The notes beneath the pieces were generated by a model. It saw nothing but the letters and a program-made list of their open reading frames with translations, did no database searches and was not told the DNA's origin. DNA of 64,000 bases from Dehalococcoidia bacterium (GTDB taxonomy: Bacteria > Chloroflexota > Dehalococcoidia > SM23-28-2 > RBG-16-64-32): positions 1,859 through 65,858 of the forward strand of contig JAUSFE010000050.1 of the NCBI GenBank assembly GCA_030649945.1. The letters run 5' to 3'. Positions 1-9,014 of the stretch are shown here, one piece after another; position 1 is the stretch's first letter; each line of letters starts with the position of its first letter. The translations under genes were made by a program, and so were the position numbers.

Positions 1-388
1 GCCGGGTGCCCTCACCCCAGATACCTACGGCATCGCCTGCTTCGCGACCAAGTCTTGTGCCGCGCTCCAGTCCCGCCGCGACGCGGCGAGCCCCATGCAG
101 GGCCATGTAGCCAGTACTTATCCGGTCGAACAACCCACCGGGTATGAACTGAGCGACCTCGTGGCGAACGGAGGCCCAAGTGTCCGAGGAGAAGTCCGCA
201 CCGACGACTCTCCCAGCCTTACGTACTAGCGCAGCTGCAAGCACGTTCTGGCGGAGTTCGGAGGCTAACGCTCTGACGCAACCTATCCTCGTCCGCTCGA
301 CGCGTCTGCGCTCGATCTCAAGCGCTCCCACAAACCCGCCGACAACACCCAACAAAGCCGAACCAAACGCAATGGTGGCCGTGTCCAT
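1..388 (-). CDS. partial CDS (N-terminal part; gene continues past the window start) of a hypothetical membrane-anchored protein
   Basis: Manual minus-strand translation from ATG (complement 386-388): MDTATIAFGSALLGVVGGFVGALEIERRRVERTRIGCVRALASELRQ...; hydrophobic N-terminus. Its ATG overlaps the hspR stop (TGATG). Absent from the ORF track because it is truncated by the window edge. Confidence 0.35.
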   Translation of the reverse strand, partial: MDTATIAFGSALLGVVGGFVGALEIERRRVERTRIGCVRALASELRQNVLAAALVRKAGRVVGADFSSDTWASVRHEVAQFIPGGLFDRISTGYMALHGARRVAAGLERGTRLGREAGDAVGIWGEGTR

Positions 389-738
389 CAGTCTGTCTCC
401 CTCCCTTTTACCGCCGGCAGCACGCGGTCGCGGTACGCCTGTAGCTCCGCGCGCAGGTGCGCCATCTCGCGCTCCATCTGGCGCAGGCGCTCGTTCATGC
501 GCATCACGACCTCGGCGCCGGCCAGGTTCAGGCCCAAGTCCTGCATCAGGCGCTGGATGTAGCGCAGACGGTCGACATCGGACTGCGAGTAGAGGCGGAC
601 GCGCCCGCGGGAGCGGCTGGGGCTGATGAGGCCCTGGCGCTCGTAATTGCGCAGGCTCTGGGCGTGCATGCCGACCATGCGGGCGGCCACGCTGATGACG
701 TAGCAGGGCTCGTGGTCCGGGTTGCGTTCGTCTACCAT
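388..738 (-). CDS. hspR: MerR-family heat-shock transcriptional repressor HspR
   Basis: 116 aa. N-terminal MerR HTH (YVISVAARMVGMHAQSLRNYERQGLISPSRSRGRVRLYSQSDVDRLRYIQRL). Lies immediately downstream of dnaJ on the same strand, the classic dnaJ-hspR arrangement. Confidence 0.85.
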   Translation of the reverse strand: MVDERNPDHEPCYVISVAARMVGMHAQSLRNYERQGLISPSRSRGRVRLYSQSDVDRLRYIQRLMQDLGLNLAGAEVVMRMNERLRQMEREMAHLRAELQAYRDRVLPAVKGRETD

Positions 739-1378
739 GTCACGTTACCGCCGGTGTTCCTGTTTGGCGCGCCGTCGTTCCGGGCCGAGGCGCCGTAGGG
801 GGCGCAGCACTCGGGTAACGTGGTCGCGCCGGGGGATGGCCGGCTCCCGATTGCTGAGGCGGCTGCAACCGTTGGGCTGGCGTGCTGCGCCCCTACGCCC
901 CGCCCTGCCCTGACGCCGCGCCATACACGCATCGCGGTTACGCCGGCTCGTTCGTTCATCATGTCACATTACCGCCGGTGTTCCTGTTTGGCGTGGCGTC
1001 GTTCCGGGGCGGGTCACCGTAGGGCGCAGCACGAGGGCCGCGACGGTCGCGCCGGCGGGCGGCTGGCTTCCGGTTGCTGAGGCGGCTGCAACCGTTAGGC
1101 TCGCGTGCTGCGCCCCTACGCCCCGCCCTGCCCTCACGCCGTGCCATACACGCATCGCGGTCATGCCGGCTCGTTCGTTCATCATGTCACATTACCGCCG
1201 GTGTTCCTGTTTGGCGTGGCGTCGTTCCGCGGCGGGTCACCGTAGGGCGCAGCACGAGGGCCGCGCCGGGGGGGCTGGCTTCCGGTTGCTGAGGCGGCTG
1301 CAACCGTTAGGCTCGCGTGCTGCGCCCCTACGCCCCGCCCTGCCCTCACGCCGTGCCATACACGCATCGCGGTCATGC
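736..1378. repeat. tandem triplication (about 222 bp unit x3) between hspR and dnaJ. Each unit carries the hspR RBS/start region and a long REP-like inverted repeat (GTAGGGCGCAGCACG...CGTGCTGCGCCCCTAC)
   Basis: Units start near 736, 958 and 1181 with CATGTCAC(A/G)TTACCGCCGGTGTTCCTGTTTGGCG. Copies are more than 90% identical. The ORF-track hits 732..962, 964..1185 and 1182..1376 (MMNERAG...) are repeat-borne pseudo-starts. Confidence 0.85.
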
Positions 1379-2449
1379 CTTCGCTCCTGCGGGGGCCTTG
1401 CGGCGCTCCTCGCGTAGCTGCTCGAAGAGCGCGCGCTCGCGGTCCGACAGCTTTTCCGGGAGGACGACGCGGATGCGGGCGTAGAGGTCGCCGGACGGAC
1501 GGCCGCCCGCCGCGCGCGTCTGGGGCTGGGCGTGGCCCCTGGGCTTGCCGTCCAGGCGGGGCATGCCGAGGCCGGCCAGGCGGATGCTGCGGCCGTTCTG
1601 GGTGAGGGGCGGGATGGTGACGGCGATGCGCTTGCCGGCCAGCGTCTCGATGTGCACCTCGCCGCCGAGGACGGCGTCCTCCAGCGGCACCGGCACGTCT
1701 GTGTAGAGGTCGTCGCCCCTGCGCTCGAAGCGCGGGTGCGGGCGCACGCGCACGACGACGTAGAGGTCGCCGCGGGGGCCGGCCCTTCCAGGAGAAGGAC
1801 TGCCCTCGCCGGCCAGGCGCACGCGGGTGCCGTCACGGGCGCCGCGGGGGATGTTTACCTCCAGACGGCGGGGGCGCAGGACGGCGCCCTGTCCCTGGCA
1901 GACGTGGCAGACGGCGCCGGCCACCTGGCCGCTGCCGCCGCAAGTTGGGCACGGCTCCTCGCCCTGGAGCTCCAGGGCGCGGGCGGCGCCGTGGTGGGCC
2001 TCCTCGAGGGTGATCTCGGCGGCATACTCCACGTTCTGGCCGCGCAGGGGCCCGCGGCGGCCGACGGACGGGCGGCCGCCGCTCCCGGCGAAGACGTTGC
2101 CGAAGATGCTCTCGAAGCCACCGGCGCCGGCGCGGCCGACGAGGTCGCCGAGGTCGTTCAGGTTGAACTGGAAGGTCTGCCCTCCGCCTGAGGCGGACTG
2201 GGCGCGCGCCTTCTCGAAGGCCTCAGCCTGCTCCCAGCGCTCGCCGTAGCGGTCGTACTTGGCGCGCTTCTGGGCGTCGGAGAGCACCTCGTAGGCGCGG
2301 GTGATGGCCTTGAAGCGGGCTTCCGCGCCCTTGTCGCCCGGGTTGACGTCCGGGTGATGCTTGCGGGCGAGCTTGCGGTACGCCTGCTTGACCTCCTTGT
2401 CGGAGGCGCTGCGCTTGAGGCCGAGAATCTCGTAGTAGTCTTTCGCCAT
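1373..2449 (-). CDS. dnaJ: molecular chaperone DnaJ
   Basis: 358 aa. J-domain with HPD motif ([37 protein letters not shown]), G/F-rich linker, and CxxCxGxG zinc-finger repeats ([16 protein letters not shown]). Confidence 0.9.
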   Translation of the reverse strand: MAKDYYEILGLKRSASDKEVKQAYRKLARKHHPDVNPGDKGAEARFKAITRAYEVLSDAQKRAKYDRYGERWEQAEAFEKARAQSASGGGQTFQFNLNDLGDLVGRAGAGGFESIFGNVFAGSGGRPSVGRRGPLRGQNVEYAAEITLEEAHHGAARALELQGEEPCPTCGGSGQVAGAVCHVCQGQGAVLRPRRLEVNIPRGARDGTRVRLAGEGSPSPGRAGPRGDLYVVVRVRPHPRFERRGDDLYTDVPVPLEDAVLGGEVHIETLAGKRIAVTIPPLTQNGRSIRLAGLGMPRLDGKPRGHAQPQTRAAGGRPSGDLYARIRVVLPEKLSDRERALFEQLREERRKAPAGAKA

Positions 2450-2580
2450 CAGACGTTTTCCGCGAGGCCTGGCGGTGGGCCCGCGCCGGCAGCCGGCGCA
2501 CGGGCGCCGCTGCGCCTGGATACAATTCTAGAGGGAAATGGGAGAGAAGTCAAAGGGGCCGGTGAATAAACATGATACGC

Positions 2581-2605
2581 GTGCTGTCAAGAGACTTGAC
2601 AGCAC
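2581..2605. promoter_or_regulatory. perfect 11-3-11 palindrome GTGCTGTCAAG-AGA-CTTGACAGCAC in the divergent dnaJ / DUF1326 promoter region; candidate operator (HspR/HAIR-like or other)
   Basis: Seen directly in the sequence. Each arm contains a TTGACA hexamer. Located 130 bp upstream of the dnaJ start. Confidence 0.35.
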
Positions 2606-2702
2606 GCCGGTTGGCCGGGGTGCCGTATTGACATCGTCCCCGCCCGCCAGCATCATGGGTGCGTCGTCTCGGATTCAAGCAGCGGTAGACAAGGAGGAAG
2701 GG

Positions 2703-3305
2703 ATGCCCTGGAACATTAGCGGCCAGTACATGGAGACTTGCAACTGCGACTACCTTTGCCCGTGCCCCCTTACCGGCATGGCGGAGACCACGCACGGCTA
2801 CTGCATCTTTGCGATGGCGTTCCGCACTGATAAGGGGGAGTACAACGGCATCCCGCTGGACGGCGTCAAGTTCGTCATCATCGGGCGCACGCCGGAGGCC
2901 ATGGGCGCCGGCAACTGGCAGGTGGGGTTGCTTGTGGACGCGGGCGCGAACCAGGCCCAGCAGGATTCGCTGGCGCAGATCGTGGGCGGGCAGGCCGGCG
3001 GCCCGATGGCGAACATCGCGCCGCTGATCGGCCAGTTCATGGGCGTCGAGGCGCGGCCGATCGAGTTCGAAGGCAGCGGCAGCAAGTGGCAGGTCAAGGT
3101 CGCCGGCAGGCTGGACCAGGCGCTGGAGGGCGCTACGGGGCTTGGCGGCGAGAACCTCTACCTGGACAACATGGGCCACCCGGTGGCGAACCGCCTGGCG
3201 CTGGCACGCGCGCAGCACAGCCGCCTGCACGCCTTCGGCATCGACTGGGAGGACGACAGCGGCCGTAACAACGGCCACTTCGCACCGTTCGACTGGCGCG
3301 GCTAG
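2703..3305 (+). CDS. DUF1326 family protein
   Basis: Internal ATG with a strong RBS (AAGGAGGAAGGG) at 2703. N-terminus MPWNISGQYMETCNCDYLCPCP matches the DUF1326 signature (NCxCxxxCPC). The ORF-track start at 2538 is an upstream extension through the promoter region. Confidence 0.75.
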   Translation: MPWNISGQYMETCNCDYLCPCPLTGMAETTHGYCIFAMAFRTDKGEYNGIPLDGVKFVIIGRTPEAMGAGNWQVGLLVDAGANQAQQDSLAQIVGGQAGGPMANIAPLIGQFMGVEARPIEFEGSGSKWQVKVAGRLDQALEGATGLGGENLYLDNMGHPVANRLALARAQHSRLHAFGIDWEDDSGRNNGHFAPFDWRG

Positions 3306-3420
3306 GGCCACGTTAGCGGGGCGGACACACGGATCCGCCCCTACGACCGGGCGGGCGCGGGCGGACACACGGGTCCGCCCCTACGACGGGCGGGCGCGGG
3401 CGGACACGCGGGTCCGCCCC
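3306..3420. terminator. three tandem copies of an about 39-bp GC-rich hairpin unit (GGGCGGACACACGGATCCGCCCCTACGAC) between convergent genes; likely bidirectional terminator array
   Basis: Direct tandem repeats seen in the sequence. Each unit forms the stem GGGCGGA...TCCGCCC. Lies between the DUF1326 stop (3305) and the GH15 stop (3420). Confidence 0.5.
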
Positions 3421-5237
3421 TACGCCGTGATGACCTTGCCCAGCTCGACGCTCTTGAGGGCGCGGTCAAGGTTCCTCGCGGTGTGGATGAGCGCTATGTG
3501 GGTGAACGCCTGCGGGTAGTTCCCCAGGTAATCGCCGGTCTCCGGGTCCAGCATCTCGGAGTAGAGGCCCACGTGGTTGCCCAGGCTGAGGACGCGCTCG
3601 AAGAGGTCGCGCGCCTCCTGCAGGCGTCCGGCGGCCACCAGGCTCCCGGCCAGCCAGAGGCTGCACATGGTGAAGGTGCCCTCGCGGCCCGGCAGCCCAT
3701 CGTCGGCGAGCTCGGGGAGGTAGCGATAGACGAGGCCGTCCACGCCAAGCTCCTTCCACACGGCGTCTATCGTCGCGTTCATGCGCGGGTCGTCAGCAGC
3801 CAGGAAGCCGACCATGGGGATGAAGAGCAGGCTGGCGTCCAGGCCGACGCCGCCGTAGTGCTGAATGAAGGAGCCGCGCTTGGCGTTCCAGCCGTGGGTC
3901 AGAATGTCCTGGCGGATCTCCTCGCGGGCCTTGCGCCAGCCGTCGAAGTCCACCGGCCGGCGCAGCGCTCGGGCCAGCCGCAGGCCGCGGTCCACTGCCA
4001 CCCAGGCCATGAGCTTGGAGTAGGTGAAGTGGCGGGGCCCCGTGCGGAACTCCCAGATGCCCAGGTCCGGTTCCCGCCAGCGGCGGACGGCGGCCTCCAC
4101 CAGGCAGCGCGCCACGTTCCACAGCCTCTCGTCGATGGCGCCGCCGACCCGCTGGTAGGAGTCCAGCGCCAGCATGATCTCGCCGAAGACGTCCAGCTGG
4201 AACTGATGGAAGGCGGCGTTGCCCACGCGTACCGGCCGCGAGGCGCGGTACCCCTCCAGGTGGTCAAGGGTATACTCCTCCAGCTCGTGGCCGTTCCGCC
4301 CCTCGATGCTGTACAGCGAGTGCAGGTCGCCGTTGCTCTCGCAGATCGCCAGGTTGGCGAGCCAGTCAACGAAGGGCTTGGTGTAGGTGGTGTGGCCCAG
4401 GCGGTGGAAGACGTCCATGGTGAAGGCGGCGTCGCGCAGCCAGGAGAAGCGGTAGTCCCAGTTGCGCACGCCGCCGATGCGCTCCGGCAGCGACGTGGTG
4501 ACGGCGGCGCAGACGGTGCCCGAGGGGACGTACAGGAGCAGGTGCAGCGCCAGCATGGAGCGCTTCACCACCTGCTCCCAGCGTCCGGTATAACGCCAGT
4601 CCTGCGAGACGAAGCGCCAGAACGCCTCCGTCTGGCCCAGGCGGCCGTGGACGTCGTAGCCGTCAACCGGCGGCGGCGAGTCCTGCCCCCACGCGACCAC
4701 GAACGCGGCCGATTCGCCCTGCCGTACCGTGAACCGCGCGCGGGCGGCGCCTTCCGCGGCCTCCAGATCGACCGCGGACGACAGCGAAAGGCAGCTGCGG
4801 CCGTGACGGGCCACGGCCACGCGGCTTTGAACGGAGACCTCCGTGCGGCCGCGGGCGTAGTCCAGGCGCGGCTGGAAGTGCAGGTCCATCTCCACGGCGC
4901 CCCGCTCGCAGCGCAGGAGGCGGATGAGGCTGCTTTCGCGCTGAGTGATCTGCTCGCCGACGGGCATGAAGTCGGTAAGCGTGGCGCCGCCGGAGGGGGT
5001 CTCGAACTCCGTGACCAGGACGTTGCTGTCAGGCAGGTAGCGCTGGCGGGACGTGAAGTCTCCGGGCGGGCTGACCTGGAAACGCCCGCCGGCGCCGTCG
5101 TCCAGAATGGCGGCGAAGACGCTGGGAGAATCGAAGCGCGGGAAGCACAGCCAGTCGATGGAGGCGTCAGAGCCGACGAGCGCGGCGGAATGCATATCGC
5201 CGATCACGCCGTAATCGTTAATACGCTTATACGCCAT
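3420..5237 (-). CDS. glycoside hydrolase family 15 protein (glucoamylase / trehalase-like)
   Basis: Typical GH15 N-terminus from the internal Met (MAYKRINDYGVIGDMHSAALVGSDASIDWLCFPRFDSPSVFAA). (alpha/alpha)6-barrel region motifs (WEFRTGPRHFTYSKLMAWVA). The ORF-track start at 5333 is probably a 5' extension. Confidence 0.85.
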   Translation of the reverse strand: MAYKRINDYGVIGDMHSAALVGSDASIDWLCFPRFDSPSVFAAILDDGAGGRFQVSPPGDFTSRQRYLPDSNVLVTEFETPSGGATLTDFMPVGEQITQRESSLIRLLRCERGAVEMDLHFQPRLDYARGRTEVSVQSRVAVARHGRSCLSLSSAVDLEAAEGAARARFTVRQGESAAFVVAWGQDSPPPVDGYDVHGRLGQTEAFWRFVSQDWRYTGRWEQVVKRSMLALHLLLYVPSGTVCAAVTTSLPERIGGVRNWDYRFSWLRDAAFTMDVFHRLGHTTYTKPFVDWLANLAICESNGDLHSLYSIEGRNGHELEEYTLDHLEGYRASRPVRVGNAAFHQFQLDVFGEIMLALDSYQRVGGAIDERLWNVARCLVEAAVRRWREPDLGIWEFRTGPRHFTYSKLMAWVAVDRGLRLARALRRPVDFDGWRKAREEIRQDILTHGWNAKRGSFIQHYGGVGLDASLLFIPMVGFLAADDPRMNATIDAVWKELGVDGLVYRYLPELADDGLPGREGTFTMCSLWLAGSLVAAGRLQEARDLFERVLSLGNHVGLYSEMLDPETGDYLGNYPQAFTHIALIHTARNLDRALKSVELGKVITA

Positions 5238-5365
5238 TGGCACCCCTGGGCTGGGAGAAGCCCGCCTCATCTCCACTATAGCGAACGCCGCCGCCGTCTG
5301 GGAAGTTAAGGGGTGGTGAACGTTGGGTGTCATCGCGGCCGGCTCCGCCGAAGGCGGACGGTGCT

Positions 5366-6448
5366 ATGATCGGGAAAGTGGAAACTGGAATGTGGGGCAT
5401 AGCCGGCAACGAAAGGGCCGTAGCGGCGGTGGCGCGGGCCGTGGCGGACGGCTCCTGTGCGCATGCCTACCTGTTCGTGGGCCCGGAGCGTGTTGGCAAG
5501 GCGGCCACGGCGGGCAGGCTGGCGCAGGCGGTAAACTGCGTGGGTGCCGCCGTTCCCTGCCTCGACTGCCGCGCCTGTACGCGCATTGGCAACGGGATAC
5601 ATGCCGATGTGCAGACGGTGACGGTGGAGCCGGGGGAAGACGGCGCGCAGCGCACGGCCATCAGCGTGGAGCAGGTGCGCGAGATTGAGCGGGCGGTGGC
5701 CCTCAACCCCTTCGAGGGGAAGACCCGCGTGGTGATCCTGGACCCGGCGGACGAGATGTCGCCGCAGGCCCAGAACGCCTTTTTGAAGACGCTGGAAGAG
5801 CCGCCGCCGCACGTCATATTCGTGCTCATCGCCCGGCGGGAGGAGCGGCTGCTGGAGACGGTGCGCTCCCGCTGCCGGCGCATCGGCTTCAGCCTGGCGC
5901 CGGTGGCGGTGATCGAGCGGGTGCTGCTGGAGAGGGAGGCGCCGCCGGAGCAGGCGCGGCTGCTGGCCAGGCTCTCGCGGGGGCGCGCCGGCTGGGCGCT
6001 GGAGATGGCGAGCGACGCCCAGGCGGCCGGGCGCCGGCGGGAGGCGCTGGAGTCCGCGCGCGCCCTGGCGCGCATGACGGTGGCGCAGCGCCTGGACCTG
6101 GCGGAGCGGCTCTCGGATGACTTCAAGCGGGACCGGGAGGGCGTGTTAACGCTGCTGGCGCAGTGGCAGGACTGGTGGCGGGACGTGCTGCTGACCGGGT
6201 GCGGAGCGGAAGAGGGCATGGCGAACCTGGACATGGCGGAGGAGCTGCGGGAGGACGCCGCCCGGCACGGCGCGCGGGAGGCGGCGGCGTTCGTGCAGGC
6301 GCTGCGGGAGGCGCGGCAGCAGCTGGAGGAGAACGTGCAATCACGCGTGGCGCTGGAGGCGCTGGTGCTGCAGGCACCGACGGCGGCCCTGCCTGCCGGA
6401 CAGGCAGGCCCGGGCGCGGCGGTGGCGGCGGAGTTGTCCACTTCTTAG
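5366..6448 (+). CDS. holB: DNA polymerase III subunit delta-prime
   Basis: AAA+ clamp-loader motifs: HAYLFVGPERVGKAATA, the zinc module CLDCRACTRIGNGIHADV, Walker B VVILDPADEMS, sensor SRC. Start taken at MIGKVETG; the ORF-track start at 5327 is also possible. Confidence 0.8.
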   Translation: MIGKVETGMWGIAGNERAVAAVARAVADGSCAHAYLFVGPERVGKAATAGRLAQAVNCVGAAVPCLDCRACTRIGNGIHADVQTVTVEPGEDGAQRTAISVEQVREIERAVALNPFEGKTRVVILDPADEMSPQAQNAFLKTLEEPPPHVIFVLIARREERLLETVRSRCRRIGFSLAPVAVIERVLLEREAPPEQARLLARLSRGRAGWALEMASDAQAAGRRREALESARALARMTVAQRLDLAERLSDDFKRDREGVLTLLAQWQDWWRDVLLTGCGAEEGMANLDMAEELREDAARHGAREAAAFVQALREARQQLEENVQSRVALEALVLQAPTAALPAGQAGPGAAVAAELSTS

Positions 6449-6665
6449 CAGGGTGCTGACAAACGAGTTCTCGTCCCCCCCCCCACCTCCATCCCCGAGC
6501 GGCGCCCCTACGGCGGCCCGTGTTCAGCCCGACGCGGATGTTCGTGCGACGGGTGGCGCTGAGGGCGCGGCACCCCCCGCCCTACCCCCATCCCCGAGCG
6601 GCGCCCCTACGCCGTGGTTCCAGGACAGGCCTCTGCACTCTCCTTATTTCAGCACGCTGTTAGTC
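6446..6665. mobile_element. MITE-like element (about 215 bp) bounded by terminal inverted repeats TTAGCAGGGTGCTGACAAACGAG ... TTTCAGCACGCTGTTAG, with nested family-R8 sequence
   Basis: The same TIR family recurs at 20661, 50467-50500, 51735-51770 and 60172..60305 (complete copy). The interior contains CCCCGAGCGGCGCCCCTAC repeats also found at 25490-25560. Confidence 0.5.
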
Positions 6666-6947
6666 GTTAACCTCCCTTCTATCGCCCCAGTCAGGATCAC
6701 TGCTCGCTGTTGTTCCCTTCTGTTCATCGTGATGTCCCTCATGAGAGGACAGAATCACAGAACAGTTAACCCTCAGACCATCTACAGGGCGCCGCAAACG
6801 CATTGCGTACCCCCCCTGCCTGTGCTATGATGCGTCCGTTTGAGAACCGAATAAGCCTGCCTGTCGGTGGGCAGGTCTCTCCGTGGCCCCCTCGCCTTCT
6901 CCGGTCAAGTGAGGAGAGGACGGGGAGGCCATTCAAGCACAAAGGAG

Positions 6948-7343
6948 GGATCGATGCACGTCATTATCGACGGCTTTGGGGGTGATCCGGACCAGCTTTC
7001 GGATGAAAACGTGGTCCGCGTGATTTTGGATCAGTACCCGCAAATGATGGGGATGACCAGAATCACGCAGCCCACAGTAGTTCGCTATACGGGGAGCAAA
7101 CCCGAGGACTGGGGCGTCTCCGGCTACGTGATGATCGCTGAGAGTCACATCGCGGTGCACACGTTCCCGGAGCGCCGTCTTGTTTGGGCCGATATCTTCT
7201 CCTGCAAGGACTTCGAGGCGGCCCAGGTCCTCGAGGACATCAAGCGGCGCTTCCGCCTGCGCCAGATGGACGTCAAGGTCCTGGAGCGCAGCCTGGAGTC
7301 CTCACCCGTCGTCGCGCGGGAGCCGGCCGCCCCGGTGCGATGA
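6948..7343 (+). CDS. speH: S-adenosylmethionine decarboxylase proenzyme (pyruvoyl-dependent, SpeH/class 1b)
   Basis: 131 aa. Processing/catalytic motif AESHIAVHTFPE. Extended -10 (TGtGcTATGAT) about 110 nt upstream, giving a long 5' leader. Confidence 0.85.
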   Translation, partial: GSMHVIIDGFGGDPDQLSDENVVRVILDQYPQMMGMTRITQPTVVRYTGSKPEDWGVSGYVMIAESHIAVHTFPERRLVWADIFSCKDFEAAQVLEDIKRRFRLRQMDVKVLERSLESSPVVAREPAAPVR

Positions 7344-8428
7344 ACCCGCCCGCGGACCATCCCGGGCGCCCGGGCCACGGTGCGGGCGCCGAGGGTGGTC
7401 TCATCCACCCCTTCCCCATCGGCGAGCAGACCACGACGGCCGAGACGGTGGGCCGCATGGCGGACACCGCCTTCCAGGCGCGCAACCTGGGGCAGGCCGC
7501 CCGCATCTGGGACGCCGCGCTGCGGGACGAGGCGACGATCTTCTTCGGCCTGGCGGGCGCCATGGTGCCCGCCGGCATGCGGCCGGTGATCGTCTATCTG
7601 ATCGAGAACCGGCTGATAGACGTGATCGTGAGCACCGGCGCCAACCTTTACCACGACGTCTACGAGTCGCTGGGCTTCAGCCACGCGGCGGGCGACCCCG
7701 AGGGGGACGACGTGCGCCTGGCGCACCTGCGCCTGCTGCGCTTCTACGACGTCCTGGCGCCCGAGCACGAGTTCAGCCGCGGGGAGCGCTTCTGCACGGA
7801 GTTCGCGCTGACCCTGGATGGGGACCGGCCCTACCCCACGCGCGAGTACTTCCAGCTCTTCGGGCAGGCGCTGGCGGCGGTGGCGAAGGAGGAGGGGATC
7901 CTGACGGCGGCGGCGAAGCACGGCGTGCCGGTATACTGTCCCGCCGTGGGGGACAGCGTGCACGGCCTGGCCGTGGCGGAGGCGCGCCTGCGGGGCAAGC
8001 GCATCGTCTTCGACATCATCGGCGACGTGCTGGAGCTGGTGCACCTATCGGTGACGGCGAAGAAATCGGCCGTCATCTACATCGGCGGCGGGACGCCCAA
8101 GAACTTCATCCAGCAGTCCGGCGCCGCCTGCTACCTTTACGACCGCGACCCGCCGGGCCACAGCTATGGCATCCAGATCACGATGGACCAGCCGCAGTGG
8201 GGCGGCCTCAGCGGCTGCACCTTCGAGGAGGCGCAGTCCTGGCGCAAGATCGCGCCGGACGCCCGCTTCGTGACGGTGAACGTGGAGGCCACGGTCGCGC
8301 TGCCGCTCATCGTCAGCGCGCTGGCGGAGGGCTCGCAGAGCGCCATCAAGGGCCGGCGGCTGCCGGAGCTGGACTGGGAATGGGAGAAGGCGGCCCGCGG
8401 CCAGGGCGCCTTCTCTGAGAAGCCTTAA
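7340..8428 (+). CDS. deoxyhypusine synthase-like protein (homospermidine/DHS family)
   Basis: Internal ATG at 7340 overlaps the speH stop (ATGA), giving translational coupling. DHS family motifs: IFFGLAGAMVPAGMRPVIVYLIENRLIDVIVSTGANLYHD, YIGGGTPKNFIQQ. Confidence 0.85.
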   Translation: MNPPADHPGRPGHGAGAEGGLIHPFPIGEQTTTAETVGRMADTAFQARNLGQAARIWDAALRDEATIFFGLAGAMVPAGMRPVIVYLIENRLIDVIVSTGANLYHDVYESLGFSHAAGDPEGDDVRLAHLRLLRFYDVLAPEHEFSRGERFCTEFALTLDGDRPYPTREYFQLFGQALAAVAKEEGILTAAAKHGVPVYCPAVGDSVHGLAVAEARLRGKRIVFDIIGDVLELVHLSVTAKKSAVIYIGGGTPKNFIQQSGAACYLYDRDPPGHSYGIQITMDQPQWGGLSGCTFEEAQSWRKIAPDARFVTVNVEATVALPLIVSALAEGSQSAIKGRRLPELDWEWEKAARGQGAFSEKP

Positions 8429-8452
8429 GCATCCGTTAGAAGGAGGACAACG

Positions 8453-8833
8453 ATGGGCCACACCAACGCAGATACCCTGCGCAAGGCATACGACGCCTTT
8501 AGCCGGGGCGACCTGGACGGCATCCCTTTCGCTGACGATGTCGTCTTTCACATCCCCGGCAAGAGCCCGATGGCCGGCGACTACAGGGGCAAGGCAGCCG
8601 TATTCGGCTTCCTGGGGCAAGTGATGGAGCGCACCGGCGGCAGCTTCCGCCTGGAGGTACACGACATCGCCGCCAGCGACGATCACGCCGTGGGCCTGAC
8701 GGTGCACAGCGGGCAGCGCGGCGGCAAGGCCGGTGGCTACAACAGCGTGCACGTCTGGCACGTGAAGAACGGCAGGCTGGCGGAGTTCTTCGAGTTCCCG
8801 GACCAGCCGGCGTTCGACGACTTCTGGGCGTGA
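8453..8833 (+). CDS. SnoaL-like / NTF2-fold (ketosteroid isomerase-like) protein
   Basis: 126 aa; TLRKAYDAFSRGDLDGIPFADDVVFHIPG... is the typical SnoaL_2 pattern; RBS GAAGGAGGAC. Confidence 0.65.
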   Translation: MGHTNADTLRKAYDAFSRGDLDGIPFADDVVFHIPGKSPMAGDYRGKAAVFGFLGQVMERTGGSFRLEVHDIAASDDHAVGLTVHSGQRGGKAGGYNSVHVWHVKNGRLAEFFEFPDQPAFDDFWA

Positions 8834-9014
8834 GGAGGGGAGTCCGCCGGGCGGTGACGATGCGAATGAGGAATCCGGTGGTTGAGCGGGCCCTGGGTGC
8901 TCATCAGAAGCCGCGCCCCCGGCAGAGTCCCGGCACGCATACGAACGCGGCTCCCTTGTTCCCGGACAGACCCTTCGATTCCTCAGGGTGACATTGTCCT
9001 CAGGGTGACAATCA

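Noticed and set aside
732-1376. Three small ORFs (MMNERAG...) inside the tandem repeats between hspR and dnaJ
   Set aside because: They are repeat-borne copies of the hspR start context followed by repeat sequence, not independent genes
2538-2702. N-terminal extension of the DUF1326 ORF
   Set aside because: Runs through the promoter/palindrome region; the family-typical N-terminus MPWNISGQY starts at the internal ATG with a strong RBS
3306-3420. CRISPR-like array (regular 39-bp repeats)
   Set aside because: Units are directly tandem with no unique spacers; no cas genes; each is a simple terminator-like hairpin
3483-5309. 608-aa plus-strand ORF antisense to the GH15 gene. Similar long antisense ORFs occur at 5467..6441, 7145..8044, 8045..9046, 17573..18841, 21544..23658, 43266..44987 and 57765..59492
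   Set aside because: Typical high-GC antisense artefacts. Each lies entirely within a well-supported gene on the other strand. They have Ala/Arg/Gly-rich low-complexity translations and no motifs
6690-6790. 33-aa ORF on the minus strand in the lower-GC patch upstream of speH
   Set aside because: No RBS, no motif, lies within a probable leader/repeat region
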